A program made the position numbers and the translations under genes. 64,000 bases of DNA from Basidiobolus meristosporus CBS 931.73 (taxonomy: Eukaryota > Fungi > Basidiobolomycota): NCBI GenBank assembly GCA_002104905.1, contig MCFE01000149.1, forward strand, positions 62,001 to 126,000, in the 5' to 3' direction. Below the pieces are notes generated by a model. The model was not told the origin of the DNA and searched no databases. It saw nothing but the letters and a program-made list of their open reading frames with translations. This document shows positions 11,490 through 25,200 of this stretch, piece by piece. How positions within the stretch are numbered: position 1 is the stretch's first letter; each line of letters begins with the position of its first letter.

Positions 11490-12446
11490 CAATTTTCTTG
11501 ATTCATCATCCAGGAGCCTTCTATATTTGTGATTTAAGGTCAAATATTGAGTTCTGGAGTCTAGAGCTAAATAGAAGGCCCTGAGACTCATCTTTCAGGC
11601 CATTTAGAATGGTTACTAGTACATCCTCATCAGTAGCTGGAACACCCACAATTCCATCTCATCCATCAGCAAGGTAATTCTGATAATTTTATTTTTCATT
11701 TCTACTCCTGGCAGCATCTTCATAGTACAGAATATTTGTCAGAATACATTTTCTTGGCAGCTGAACATGACTGGTAGGCGTCTTCTAATGCCTTTTAGGC
11801 ATTCTTTGCCATTTTCCTTATGAGCACTGAACTAGCAATTTGTCTTAGACATCAAGGAAAATGCAGTTAAATTCACTTTGCTCTTTCTTCTGGTACCTCA
11901 AGGATTTCTCTCCCATGTACTTAGGAGGACATTCTTCTCTTGTGACAATATCCCAAAGGCCACTTTCTTATAGCAGCATTCTCATCTTCACCTTTAACAT
12001 TTAGTAGTTAGATCTATCCAGTCTTTTAGAAGAGGGATGTATTTCAGTAATAGCAGTAGTAGACATTGCAGAGAGTGACAGCTTGGGGCTCATAACCTGT
12101 TGTAAGAGCCTTGGAGATATTAGAGGTGAATGGGAGAACAAGTAGATTATGTGGCTTTCACTGAATGATTTATTGAATGTAAACGTAGTATTTATACTCT
12201 TGCATGGTCTTGTTATACAAAGCATGTAGATTAGGTTAAGGAAGGTCCCAAGAATATGTGTGCAAAATTAGGGGCTGTTTGGACAACTTTGAGAATATAG
12301 ATGTTGTAGGTGCCTGTCATTTAGGTGAAAATATTCTGAGTAAATCCCAACAAGGAACTTAGTCAGTATTTCCTAGGATATGAAGGCATTGATCCAGCTG
12401 ACTAACTTGGGTAAGTATTTAGGTGGAACTACATATTTTTACAACA
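11490..12446 (-). mobile_element. Copia family B remnant: degenerate gag, Hemivirus-type PBS and 5' LTR (12098-12446, 349 bp)
   Basis: Minus strand MSTTAITEIHPSSKRLDRSNY*MLKVKMRMLL*ESGLWDIV (Copia Gag N-terminus); GGTTATGAGCCCC at 12085-12097 abutting TGTTG...CAACA; the LTR is unrelated in sequence to family A. Confidence 0.8.
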
Positions 12447-12799
12447 ATACTATGTTTAGTTTAGTGTTGTTTTACAGTGTAGAGACTTATCAGCAGTATA
12501 CAACAACTTCCACTATGCTAATACTGAAGTAGTTTATTAGGAGTTGGATATACTAATAGAAAATATAAATTTCACTTGGATCCTCAATCTTGGGCTCAAA
12601 GTACACTATAAGCAGTGCTTTTCACTTCTGCTGCAGTGTTCTGACCTTATGTTGGCTATTGGGCTACTGTACTCTTTTAGTAACTTCTTCTTAAATGGAA
12701 GTCACTTTGATTTCTGATAAGAAGATTCTACTACGGAATTTCTAAGCTTCCCTTTAACCTAAATGGGTGTAGTATAAAAGTCTCTATAATGATCTTTAG

Positions 12800-13100
12800 A
12801 CCTAAAGGGGCTTCATACAGTAATGTCTAGAGTGGACATTACACTCAAGAGGTGTCTAAAGAGGCTTTTTAGAGCCAAGGGGATTCTTAACAGGGTCTCA
12901 AAAGTGGTATTTAGACCAATTTGTGTCATTAGTGTCAAGGAGATTCTTAGAGGGGACTTTTCTGACCAAAACAAGGTAGTTCTTCTTGTAGGACTTAGAT
13001 GTGACTCTTGTGAGCATTGCAGTCTCTTTCCAGATGCAGTACCATTTAAAGTCAGAATAATGAGCAGCACAAGTGATGCAGGGGAAGTCTTATCTCCGTT
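12800..13100 (-). pseudogene. Possible non-LTR retrotransposon C-terminal zinc-knuckle remnant
   Basis: Across frames: KWYCIWKET...KNYLVLVRKVPSKNLL...DPVKNPL...RHLL..C, weakly resembling the zf-RVT/CCHC end of LINE ORF2; heavily decayed. Confidence 0.3.
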
Positions 13101-13419
13101 AATCTTGTAATTGTAGTGTGGAAACTCTGGAAAGAGAGGTCCTCCATTACTTTTCAGCTGAGGAAGTCATATTTATGAGAATTCTGCAGGATCAAAGTTT
13201 TTTAGCAATTGCGCAGCAATGCAAATGATGCAATGTTAAAAGTTTGCAGTGGTGCAGATCAAACATGGGAGCAGCACCTGTGAAGATCCCATGTGATTTG
13301 TCTGACATGTTGATAAGTTACACAGAATCATTGTCACTATAGTAATCCTAGTAATAGAGGCCTTGTGTATATGGTTATTGGACACTTTTGATCATAACTC
13401 CTTAAATACTGCTTCAAAT

Positions 13420-14905
13420 GAGCTGCAACTTGAAACATGTGTTTGCCACTCAGTGTTCTGCATGGCATACTATTCCTAAATGGATTTCATGTTAAGGTCC
13501 TGAGCTGTTATCCTTCAAAGCTGGAATTTCTTGATATTTCACTTGTGTATCACAATACCAAAAGGCTAAATCAAGAAATGAGTGCTATATGGTTTTGATA
13601 AATTGTAGTAATGGAATACCTATCATTCCCACTGAATTCATTAAGATTGCCAGTGACTATGACTCTGCAATGTTGGGAGTTGGCAAGCCCACAATGACCA
13701 ATCCAAGAGGGCATAATCACTATGAAAGAAGTCAATCAGAAGCAGTGCTAATGGAAATTGATACTATCCAGAAGAATCCCACCTCAGAAGAATGCAAGAA
13801 GAAGAGATATTGCTTTAATTGCCACCAGCAGGAGCATATTGCAAAGTACTGCCCTAGAGAGGAAATGGATACCAGCCAACAAGAACCTTCAACCACATCA
13901 AAGTCCTTGAGTATAGTAACATGGAGGATGAACTTGACAAAGACTCAGAGCTTACTTTCTATATGATCAAAGAATACAAAATCAGGAAAGCTATTATATT
14001 AAAACAGAGCAATTAATTGAGTACCTACCAAGATCATGATTGACTCAGCAGCATCACATGAGTACATGTCAGAACAATATGCCTCAAAAACTAGAATCAA
14101 TTTGGAAATAACCAAATCAACTTCAGTTTCTACAGCTGATGGGAGCTCTGACATAATAAGCTGTACTACTCTGCCTGTAAGAATGAAGATCAATGTCAAA
14201 GAAAGAGACCTACAGGTATGTATGCTTGGGAACTGCAGGTTTAACCTTGTACATAGAAACACCTGGCTATTTTGTTGTAATCCATCAATCCACTATATAA
14301 CCTATGTCACTCAGATCCAGAAGAACAACAAGATCCTTGAGCTATACCTGCCAGACTGAATTTCTACTCAGTTGATTCCAGTACATGTGAAACAAGAGAG
14401 CTTGGCAAGCCACAGTTCCAAAGAGCACTTAGGAGAGGTATCCAGATGTTCCTCCCAGCAGTATTACACAAAGAATCCTCTACCAGAGCTGCCCACAAGG
14501 TCCAGAGGGTTTTGAAGGAATATTATGATGTGCCTTCAGATGAGGTTGTAAGCCTACCACCAGTCAGAGATGTTGATAATGCCATTGACACAGGAGATAG
14601 CCTCCAGTGAGTAAGACTCCTTACTGAGTGAGTCCATTGGAGTTGGAGGTGTTGAAGAGACAAATAGAACAGCTACTGAAGCAAGGATATATCATACACA
14701 GGAAGTCACCTTAGGAGCACCAGTGCATTTTGTGAAGAAGAAGGAAGGAACACTTGGATTGTGCAGGAACTCCAGAGCCCTCAACTCAGCTACTGCAAAG
14801 AAGAAGTGCCCCATACCCTGGATTGATGAGCTTTTGGACCAATTTAATGAAGCCACCATATTCAGCAAGATTGACCTCATGTCAGGATACAACCAGATTA
14901 GGGTG
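13420..14905 (+). pseudogene. Gypsy family G remnant: gag zinc knuckle, protease, RT N-terminus
   Basis: CFNCHQQEHIAKYCP; MIDSAASHEYMS; FVKKKEGTLGLC...CPIPWIDELLDQFNEATIFSKIDLMSGYNQIRV. Confidence 0.88.
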
Positions 14906-15059
14906 AAACTGTTGAAATATTAGAGAGACTTTTTGGCAGAATCACTACAGATATTTTTCATAGGGTACCCAGTATAGAGAGACTTAAGCAGTCTAACATA
15001 TACTGTGGAGCCACAATGTACTGCACTCAGTATTAATCAAGTGCAATCATTACAAACAT

Positions 15060-15450
15060 CTAAAAAGCAAGGGTGACTTTGAAGGTACATTTGACCATGC
15101 TGTAGCCTTGGCACTTGATGGATTCCCACTAAACAAGTACACTGCCAGCAAAATAGTGCTGGCCACTGATTATCATCAGCCTGAGTCTGCCACAAGTCTT
15201 ATGGTTTCAGAGCTGATATCTGATGGTAGTCTCACTGATATCAGGCATAAGTTACATATCAACAAGGATTGCCACCTTTCCATTGCCAAATGAATTTTGC
15301 TTAATGTCTAGCAGTGCACTAGTATATGATTGTCATATTCAAGCACATATCATTATATGCATTGGTGATAGCCCAGCTACTAGCAAGAGAGCCAACTTTT
15401 CTAGGCATAATTGATGGTATTGTGGTTAATTGTGTGAGATCCCGGTGATT
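15060..15450 (+). pseudogene. CACTA/EnSpm (Tnp2-like) transposase fragment
   Basis: LALDGF and HIIICIGDSPATSKRANFSRHN**YCG*LCEI resemble the D-x-PA-x2-K-x3-F-x-GH-N-x3-C-x2-C motif of fungal EnSpm-type transposases. Confidence 0.5.
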
Positions 15451-15454
15451 TACA

Positions 15455-16053
15455 TTTGCAATTAAAGAAGTGTTGTAAATATAATGGACTTATCAAGAAA
15501 TAAAAATAGTAGATAGATTGTGGTTTACTCATCAGGAAGCTCAGTTTTTATACCCTTGTAGAAGTAATGCAACTGTATCATTAAGCAAGGGGAGTTTCCC
15601 AACATTTGGGAATATTCAGTGGCAGTTTCAGGGTCAGTAAATAGTGTTTGGCCAAGATGCTGATTTGATCTTAACTAGAGGGTAGTAATCATAGATTCAT
15701 AGATCAGAAAGATAATGGTAAAGTTAGGGCTCTAAGTTAGTCATAGAGTGGATAAGACTAGTTTTGCACTGTTAGGTTAACTTTTAACTGCTGAAAAATT
15801 CCAGGTAGTCCAAAATTTCAAAACTCCCCCTCAACTAACTAATTACTTAATTCCAGTCTCCCTCCAAGACTCTGAAACTGAGGCCTAGCTAGTGGTTCTG
15901 TATACATATCTTCCACCATTTCTCAGTTGAGCAGTAAACTAGCCCTAATAAGTTATTTTCTATAGCTCTCCACACAAAGTGGTAATGTGAATCTATGCGC
16001 ATAATTCTAGTATGATCAGTAGGTTTCATAGATGATAAAACCCAACTTCTATT
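15455..16053 (-). mobile_element. Degenerate Copia A 3' LTR, PPT and RNase H end
   Basis: Homologous to 6142-6740; CTCCCCCTC follows the LTR at ~15824. Confidence 0.85.
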
Positions 16054-17973
16054 TGTTATAATCTATGGCTTGAATGTTCAAGTTAGATCAGTGTTAAGTC
16101 AAACCAATTAGCCTTTTATTGAGCCTGTCAGTGTAGCAGTGTAATCTTTCAAATCAGTAGTATTAGTCAGCAAATGAATTGGCAGACCCTTATCAGAGAG
16201 AAATAGGTATACTAAGTAGGATCTAATTGGGTGATGATGATGTAATAAAATGGGTCATCAGCCACAACCTACATTAGGAAATATAATTTGTCAGTAAATG
16301 ATCTGGCAAAATGTTATAAGCAGCTACTAGAACCTCAATAAAAATTATGTTAAGTTTTAGGGAATACCATACAAGCTAGACTCCCTATATCTCTACAATT
16401 CTGATTTCAAGACTTGTAACCTTGATAGCAGCAACAACCAGAAACCTCCCTCCTGAAGAAAGAAGAAGCCTTCCTCATGATGTCAGAAAATCAAGAATGG
16501 AAGAATGCTATGTAGCACATCCTGGCCCAACAGCAAGAGCTACTCCAGATCTTTAGCAAGCAGCAGAATGGAACAGCTGCCATTGCCCAGAGCCAGCAAA
16601 ACCCTGTCAAGAGCAACTTTAGCATGAAGGTCACTGGTATCATGGAAGAGCCAATGAAAGCCTGGGAACTTGGCTCTTCCAGACTGAAGAAGCTATTAAG
16701 GCGGAGGGAATTGTTGCAGAAGGCAAGTTGTATTATGCAGCTTCTTACTTAGTAGATGCATCCTTACAGTGTTTTCACATATAGATCAGGTCAGCCACCA
16801 TAATGGAATGCTCTACTATCTCAACCTAGGATGAGCTTGTGTAGGAAATCCAGGATGCTCTTGAACCCCCACATCAGCAAACACTACCTAGAATGGAGCT
16901 GAAGAAACTTAGACTGAAAGGAATGGTTCAAGAATACATCCATGAATATAGGTGACTACTTGGACAAACTGAAAGAATGGACCCCAGGATCAAGTTGAGT
17001 ACTTTTTTGATGACTTGAAAGAAAGAACTTGCAAGGAAGTGAATTATTGAGGACCTCAGACTATTGAAGAAGCCAACAAGATTGCCATTAATTAAGACTT
17101 AGCTATGTTAGGAAGCCTACAATGACTAATCAAAGAAGCTGTAATTACTATGAAAGAAGACAATCAAAAGCAGTGCCAATATAAATAGACAATTTGCAGA
17201 AGAAGCCTACTTCAGAAGAATGTAAAAAGAAAAGACTTTGCTTTAATTGCCACCAGCAGGGACATATTGCAAAGTACTGCCCTCAGAGAAGAAATGGATA
17301 CTAGTCAACAAGAACTTTTAACTATATTGAAGTCCTTGAGCATGGTAGTATGGAGGATGAGCTTAAAGAAGACTCAGAATTCACCTTCAATATGACAGAA
17401 GAATACCTAACCCTGATGACCTCAGCCCAAGGAAAGCAATTATACTTGGTTGAAGAAATCAATGCAGTACATGCCAAGATCATCAATAACTCTGAAGCAT
17501 CACACAAGTACATCTCAGAGCAATTTGCCTTGAAAGATGGAATCAACTCAGAACCCATCAAATCAACTTCATTCTAAATAGCTGATGTACACTACCACAT
17601 AATCAACTGCATTACTCAGCCAGTAAAAATAAAGATCAAAACTACAAAGAAGACCTACAGGTCTATATATTTGGGGACTGTAAATTTGACTTTATACTTA
17701 GAGAAACCTGGCTATTTTCTTGTAGTCCATCAATCAACTGACACAGGAGATAGCCCTGCAGAGAGTAAGACACCATGCAGAATGAGTCCATTGGAGTTAG
17801 AAGTGATGAAGAGACAGATAGTTCAACTATTGGAGCAAGGATATATCAGACCCAGCAAGTCACCTTGGGGGGCACTAGCACTTTTTGTCAGAAAGAACAT
17901 TGGAACACTTAGTATGTTCATTTAATACAGAGCCCTCAGCTCAGTCACCATGAAAAAGAAGTACCCTATACCC
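16054..17973 (+). mobile_element. Gypsy family G 5' LTR (16054-16420) plus degenerate gag-protease-RT start
   Basis: LTR homologous to 2057-2425; WLFQTEEAI gag motif; CFNCHQQGHIAKYCP; YIRPSKSPWGA; no clear tRNA PBS recognised. Confidence 0.87.
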
Positions 17974-18946
17974 TGATGCAATTTAAGAAGTGATTTAGAT
18001 TCAAGGCACTTATCAAGAGATAGTGTTAATTGTTGAACAGTTGTTTATTTGTAAAGAGGATTATTATTTATACCTTTGTAGAAGCAACACCATTATGACA
18101 CTGAGTAAGGAGGGTTTCTTAACATTCAGGAGCATTCTGTAACAGTTTCAGGGCTAGTACATAATAGTTAGTAAAAGTATTAATTTGATTTTAACTATAG
18201 GGAATAATCACAGGATCATAGATCTGATGAAACTGGCAAAGTTGAGGCTGCAGATTAGCCCTACAGTGATGAAGACTAGTCTAGAATTGTTAAGTAAATA
18301 TTTAGCGGCTGAATGATCCCAAATAGTCCAAAGTTTCAGTACTCCCCCTAAACTAAGTAATTTTGTAATTCTAGTTCCTCTCTGAGATTCTGAAGTTGTG
18401 GTCTTGCTAGTAATTTATCAATATATCTGCCACCATTGTGTCAGCTGGACTGTTAACTAACTCTACTACGTTATTTTCTACAGCTTCCCTCACAAAGTGG
18501 TGTTGTATATCTATGTGCTTAGTCCTGGCACAATTAGTAGGATTCCTAGCCAATGAAAATAACTTTGATTATCTGTGTGTGAAGCCTTATCCAACCCCAT
18601 ATTCTCTATTATATACTTAAAAATACAAATAAAAAAAAATAAATCAACTATTTATATAATTTACGTATTATTAAAAATAATAATCTTATTCATCACTAAC
18701 ATCTGACAATATAACATTATCTAATTTGATTATCTACGCAAATACATGTCAGTTCATCAGAATTGAAGCCTAAGTCTTCAAATAATTTATGTACCCATAT
18801 AGCCTCCTTAGTTGCAGGGCAAGCAGCCAAATATTCTGCTTTGGTTGTAGATAGGGCCCCAGTTAGTTGTATCCTGCAATTCCAAGTTATAGCTGCACCA
18901 GCATAAGGAAATACATAGCCAGTGGGGAGCATCTGTCAATCAGCCA
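17974..18946 (-). mobile_element. Degenerate Copia A 3' LTR (17974-18341) and RNase H end, carrying an AT-rich insert at 18575-18735
   Basis: Homologous to 6142-6950; ORF 18717-18932 reads TGYVFPYAGAAITWNCR...TTKAEYLAAC. Confidence 0.87.
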
Positions 18947-21900
18947 GTGAGGATGAAGATCAATGACCATGAAGAAGGCCTAAAGGCCTATATATTTGGG
19001 AATTGCAAGTTTGTCCTTGTACTTCAAAAAACCTGGCTATTATGTTGTAATCCATCAATCAACTGTAGAACCCATGCTACTCAGATACAGAGGGACAACA
19101 AGATCTGTGGGCTATTAGACTTGTTCTGTTGGATAGTGGCACATTGAGCCATGAGTGCCAAATAGTGCCATTGCATGCCAGAGAGGCATAGCAGACCTAA
19201 ACATGGCCCCAGAGTGTGAAACATAGCTCTTCATCTTCATGCAAAGCAGCCCCTGCGTTTCACACATTGTGATGGAGAAAATCCATTTTTTGATCATTTT
19301 TTTGGATCAGTGTTGTGCAGGATGTGTAAGAGAACAGAAGGACTGAAGACATTCATCTGGTACTCTATACCCATGGCACTCTGAATCTAGCTTCTGTAGC
19401 TTGTATCATGTCACAAAAATGAATGGTGCTATCTTGGTCCACTGGTACTATCTGGCACTATAAGTGCTTTGTATAGGTCTTACTTTAGGGCTAATATTTA
19501 AATATAGTGCCAGTTAGTACCAGTGGACCAAGATAGTGCCATTCATTTTTGTGACATGATACAAGCTACAGGAGCTAGATTCAGAGTGCCATGGGTATTG
19601 AGTACCAGATGCATGTCTTCAGTCCTTCTGTTCTCTTACACATCCTGCACAACACTGATCCAAAAAAAAAGGTCAAAAAATACATTTTCTCCAACACAAT
19701 GGGTGAAACGCAGGGGCTGCATTGCATGAAGATGAAGAGCTATGTTTCACACTCTGTGGCCAAGTTTAGGCTCACTTGGCCTCCCTGGCATGCTATGGCA
19801 TCATTTGGCACTCATGGCTCAATGTGGCACTATCCAACGGAACAAGTCTATTACCTGCCAGAATAGATTTCAACTTGGTCAATTCTAGTGTGTGTGAAAC
19901 AAGTGAACTTGCAAGACACAGTTCTGTAGAGCATTTAAAATGGCACCCAGATGTTCCTCATGGCAATATTACAGGAGGATTCCACTACACCAGTACCCCA
20001 GAAGGTCCAGACTCTTTTGCAGAATATTCACATGTATTTCCAGATGAACTTGTAAGCCTTCCCCCAGTCAGGGACATGGATCATGACATTGACATAGGAG
20101 ATAGCCCTCCAGTTAGTAAGACATCTTACAGAATGAGACTACTGGAATTGGAAGAGATGAAGAAACAAATAGACCAGTTATTGGAGCAAGGATATATCAG
20201 ACCCTGCAAGTCACCTTGGGGAGCATCAGTACTCTTTGCAAAGAACAGAGAAGGAACACATAGGATGTGCATTGACTACAGAGCCCTCAACTCAGTTAGC
20301 AATTATCTGAAGCAGCCCCATGGCATACTAGAACATGAGGGAGAGGACTACCCAGTTGCCTTGGGATCAAGAAACTGAACTCAGCAGAACAAAACCATCC
20401 AGTGCATGAGAAGGAGATGCTTGCTATAACACACTGTTTGAAGACATGGAGATGCTATATTGAAGGAGTCATATACACCGTGAAGATTGATTATGCCTCC
20501 CTCAAGTTTATATCTTCTCAGAGTGTACTCTCTAGAAGAATGACAAGATGGAGTGAATACATTCAGCAATTTGATTTGGAGATTGTCTACTGCCCTGGGA
20601 AAAACTATACAGTTGCTGAAGCCGTATCAAGATTAGAACAAGTTGCACAACTTGACTTGGTGCATAAGTCAGATTGGCCTAGCCTATTACCAATGTACTT
20701 GGAGGACCAAGCCATTCCCAATGAGGTGGACAAAGAGATCAAGAAGATAATCTGGGATGAAGCCAGCAAAATTATGATACAGGATGAAACACTCTACCAA
20801 ATTGTTGATGGAACCTCTTTTTCCCATTGCCCTTATGTTGCTAGCCTGGATTTAATACATAAGCTACACAATGGATGTGGACATCTTGGAATTGAAGGAA
20901 CCTATAACTTTGCAAAGGCCAGAGCATGGTGGCCTAGAATGAAACAAGACATTGAGAAGCTAGTGAAAACATGCCCACATGGCCAAATCAACTAAGGCCA
21001 ACCACAGAGAATTGCCAAACTCTTACCTTTAGAGCCAGTAAGAACATATGAAAGATGGGGAACTAACTTTATTGGAAGACTGCCAGCTACTGGGAAATGC
21101 AACTGTTGGATCCTAGTAGCAATTGACCCTGTCACTAAATGATCTGTGGCTAAAGCAGCCCCTGTAGCTAGTGAACAAGAAGTTTCAAGTTTCAGCTACC
21201 ATGAGATCCTTGTGAAGTTTGTATACCCTGTAGAGATTCTCTCTGGTAGAGGAGCAAACTTGATGGCAAAAACATTGGAAGCTTACCTGGAATTGCAGCA
21301 TATCTGACACTCTGAAATCTTGGCATATTACCCTAGAACTAATGGAGTTACTAAGCGGTTCAATGGATTATTTGGAAAAATGCTGACTAAGTTTGCAAAT
21401 GGAGCTATCAGTAGATGGAATGAGTATATAGACCAAGTACTTTATGCATGCAGAGTTAGAGTACACAACACCACCCAACAATTGCCATTTTACTTAGTGT
21501 ATGGATGTGTACCAAGGATTCCAGGAGATCTCACACAACTAAAGCTTAAAGTTAACTCAGAAGATGAACTCAGACAGCCAAGTGGACACCAGTAGCTGGA
21601 ACAAAGATGTCAAGAGGCACAGTCTAAAGTATCTTGAAGTGTGGAAAGATGAAGCAGAGATTTGATAAGACTAAATCACCAGAACCATTGACAGTTGGCA
21701 ACTTTATATTGCTGAAAAACAATACTTGGAAGAAATTTGAGCCACAATGGATGCAACCCTCTAAGATCATCACAGAATATCCATTTGCAACTTACCAACT
21801 AGTGGACAAACAAGGGGATATTCAGGAAGATTTAGTTAACAGAGTCAGACTTAACCTTGCAAGACTAAGATAACCCTCTCAACTTTAGTAGGGGAATATG

Positions 21901-22219
21901 TTATGATCCACTGCTTGAGTATTTAGCTAAGATCAGTTTTTAGTCAAATCAATTAGCTATATGGCAGCCAATGGGCATATTAGTGTTATCTATCAAATTG
22001 GTAGCAGTAGTCAGCAGATGAGGCAGCTGATGATGATGCAATGAAATGACTCATTAGCCACAACCCACGTTAGGAAATGCAATTAGTCAGCAATTGATCT
22101 GGCAAAAGTGTATATAAGGAGCTGCTTGAACCTCAATAGAAATCTGTTCAAGTATTAGTGAATTCATTACTAGCTAAACTCCCTATTCCTCTACCACTCT
22201 TGAACCAAAACTTGTAACA
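18947..22219 (+). mobile_element. Gypsy family G remnant: protease end, deleted RT, RNase H, integrase, PPT, 3' LTR (21899-22219)
   Basis: Paralogous to 390-2425 (EKEMLAI, YCPGKNYTVAEAVSR, GCGHLGI...CPHGQ, YYPRTNGVT); interrupted by the MITE at 19117-19849. Confidence 0.9.
19117..19849. mobile_element. Fold-back MITE, 733 bp, ~345-bp inverted arms, TSD ATT
   Basis: AGACTTGTTC...GAACAAGTCT; arms are reverse complements around a ~41-bp spacer; ATT on both sides. Confidence 0.92.
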
Positions 22220-25200
22220 TATGGTACCTTGTAGATATCTGAAAATCTGCTCAACTGCTGTAATTTGATCTGATCCATAATTCTACATGAGTTGACTGAC
22301 TATTCCAACTGCCATTGCAATAACTGGACCTGTAGACACCATCAGGTACATCAGGCCATCAACCATTGATAGGTAGGGAGCATTTTGATCCATATTTGAG
22401 CCATTTTTACCTAAAACAGGCTGAAATTTGATTAACTTTAGATTATTGCTCATAGAGGTAGCTGCAGGTTGGCAATTTTGCATTTTGAAACTTCTAGAAA
22501 TGTCCCTGATATACTTGGACTGATTTAGCACAGTTATCTGAGTAGATTTGTCATATTGGACTCCAATTCTAAGAGTATAGCTCAGTTTTCCAGCATCTTG
22601 CATCTCAAACTTGCTGAATAAATCTGATTTTGTCTATGTGATGCCTCCTGGTCACATGTAGCCATTGTTAGACAGTCTACATTTATAACTAGGATGTTCA
22701 CACTTATTTTGAGCTTTCACATATAAACTGTGATCTGCAGTGCTTTGAATGAGCCCAATCTCCTCTATGTGTGTCAATTTTGTTGTACCAACTCCAGGTA
22801 CTGGCTTAAGCCCATACAACAATTTCCTGAGTCTGCACACCTTGTGGGGGTCTTTTGGATTGGAAAAACCTTCTGGTTGCTCCATATATATAGTTTCTTG
22901 CAAATCCCCATTTAGAAAGGCTATTTGACATCCATTTGATGTAGATCTAGACTGTGTACTGCTGCTAGTGCCTGAACTGTCCTAATGAAATTAAAACTGG
23001 CAACCCAAGCAAATGTTTCCTTAAGGTCTGGTCCTTGGATCTGGCAATAGACTTTAGCCACCAATCCAGTCTTGTTCCTATCAACATTACCATTTGAGGC
23101 TATCTCAATTCTATAGACCCCTCTACGTCCTATCAGCTTTCTCCCATTTGGTAAATCTGCCAGTTCCCATATTTTTGCCTTGATCAGTGATTGGTACTCC
23201 TCCGGCATGGCTTGTTGCCACACAGTAGCATCTGAACTTTTCATTGCCTGTTCATGATTCTGGGGTTTGGCACATAAGGTAAGATAAGCTTGTTCATTAT
23301 CATTGGGTGTCTACCACCCAGGTTCATTGTGATTTCTTATTAAAGTCAATCTCCTATATGAGATAATCTGCTCTGCCCTGAAGCTGGCAGAATTATCTTA
23401 CATATCTAGCTGAATTAGGTGAGTATCTTCATCATTAGTGTTAATTCCATCATCAGGCAGCTGGCCAATGAGTTCAGTGGCTTTCTGACTTAAGGTCTCC
23501 TTAAATACAACATCCCTGCACTTGATCAGCTTATTGATTATGCCATCATACACCCTATTCCCTTTGGTATCTTCATAATACCCAAGGCTGATCCCTTTTC
23601 TACTCTTTGGTTCCAGCTTTGAGTGTTTTTAGTCAAATATATGATAAAAGACACTACTGCCAAATATCCTGAGCTGCTGGAGGCTTGGTGTTTTGCCTCT
23701 ACACGCCTCCAAGGATTAAGAATTACATAGTGCTGTTGTTGGGCATCTTTTCATGATGTATACTGTGGTGGCAACAGATTCAGCCCAAAGCTTGTAGTCA
23801 ATTCCCTTATCATCTAGCATAGATCTTCCAATCTCTACTCTAGCTCTATTTGTAAGTTCTGCTAATCCATTTTGCTGTGGAATATGTGGTACAGTGGTCT
23901 GTTGAAGTGTACCAGTAGATGAACAATATGCTGCAAACTCACTTGAGCAGTGTTCCCCTCCATTCTCACCTCAAAGTACATTCAATTAACGCCATGTTTT
24001 TGTTCCTGCCATGTTGTTGATGCTTACAGGCATCTCTGAAGCCTCATCCTTTGTTATGAGGAAGTAGACCCATGCATATCTTGTCTTGTCATCAATAAAT
24101 GTCATTATATCACTATTGGCTCCAAAGGAGAGTGTTCTCATGGGCCCACATATGTCCAAGTGTACAATAGCCAATATTTTGGTGGCGTTGATGCCTCCTC
24201 AGCTCCTGAAACATTGCCTAGCTTGTTTGCCATATGAACATACCTTACAGACACTCAATTTGGCTGGAACTGAGTAATATAGGTCTAAAACAAACTTTTT
24301 TTTGACAATTTGTCCCGTTTTCTGTTCCCCAATATGTCTAAACCTCCTATGCCAAATCTTGCAGTTGATATCAATTGTTGAAGCAATGTTGGCATACACA
24401 GGTACAATGATCTTGGATTGTAGCTTATATATACTGAGATCTCTGATTCCTGAAGCTAATTTTTGTCCATTATAACTCAATATTGAGCAGTTCAGCTTGG
24501 TAATACAAATTTTAGTCTTTGGGCAGTTCCTTGACTGACTAACAGTAGGTTCTAATCTATTCCAGGTATGTAGAGTACATCAGTCAGGTTTGCTGTTATA
24601 GCCCTTGAGATATCACTCATATTTAGTTGTATAGACCCACTGGTGGTAGCTTCCAGTGCAAAGTTGTCTCCCTGATAAACCTCTCTTACAAGAATAGTCT
24701 TAAGTTGCTGCACCATTCTTTATACCACAAATATGCTGTGATGCTCCAGAGTCAATATACCATTCATAACTTTGGTTACTTGCACTCTCTTGTTCAGTTA
24801 CAAGTAGCGGCTCACTGGTAGTTTTATGGTTTGCCTGCTCCAGATTCTGCTTTTTGTTGCTTGTTTCTTCTTGCATACTCTAGCCCAGTATCCTGGCTTC
24901 TTACAGTAGTTACAGCAACCAGATTTTCTTTGGTATTGTTGGTTTCCCTTCTTTTGTACTACTTTCTGAGCTGAATAAGGTATTATTGCTGACTTTCTCT
25001 GCTTGATCTTTGCATCTGAGTTCTTCATGGAGAAGTTTTCCTTTGACAAAGTTTAAAGTCAAATTGTCCACTCTGCTTTCAAAAGAAAGTAGGAGTGGCT
25101 CATACTTGTCTGGTAGGCTGCAGAGCAGACAGAGTATTATTTCTCCATAATCTATACTAGCCTTAATACTGAAAATACTTCTGCAAATGTCTCCATTTTG

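Noticed and set aside
16421-16440. Possible self-priming (Tf1-like) PBS after the Gypsy 5' LTR
   Set aside because: Only a weak partial complement in the LTR and the copy is degenerate; cannot be supported.
19523-20378. ORFs beginning in MITE arms (e.g. 19591-19866, 19776-20378, 36701-37425, 40077-40431; MALSNGTSL at 76)
   Set aside because: Chance frames in palindromic non-coding arms, some fused to Gypsy RT; they recur only because the MITE recurs.
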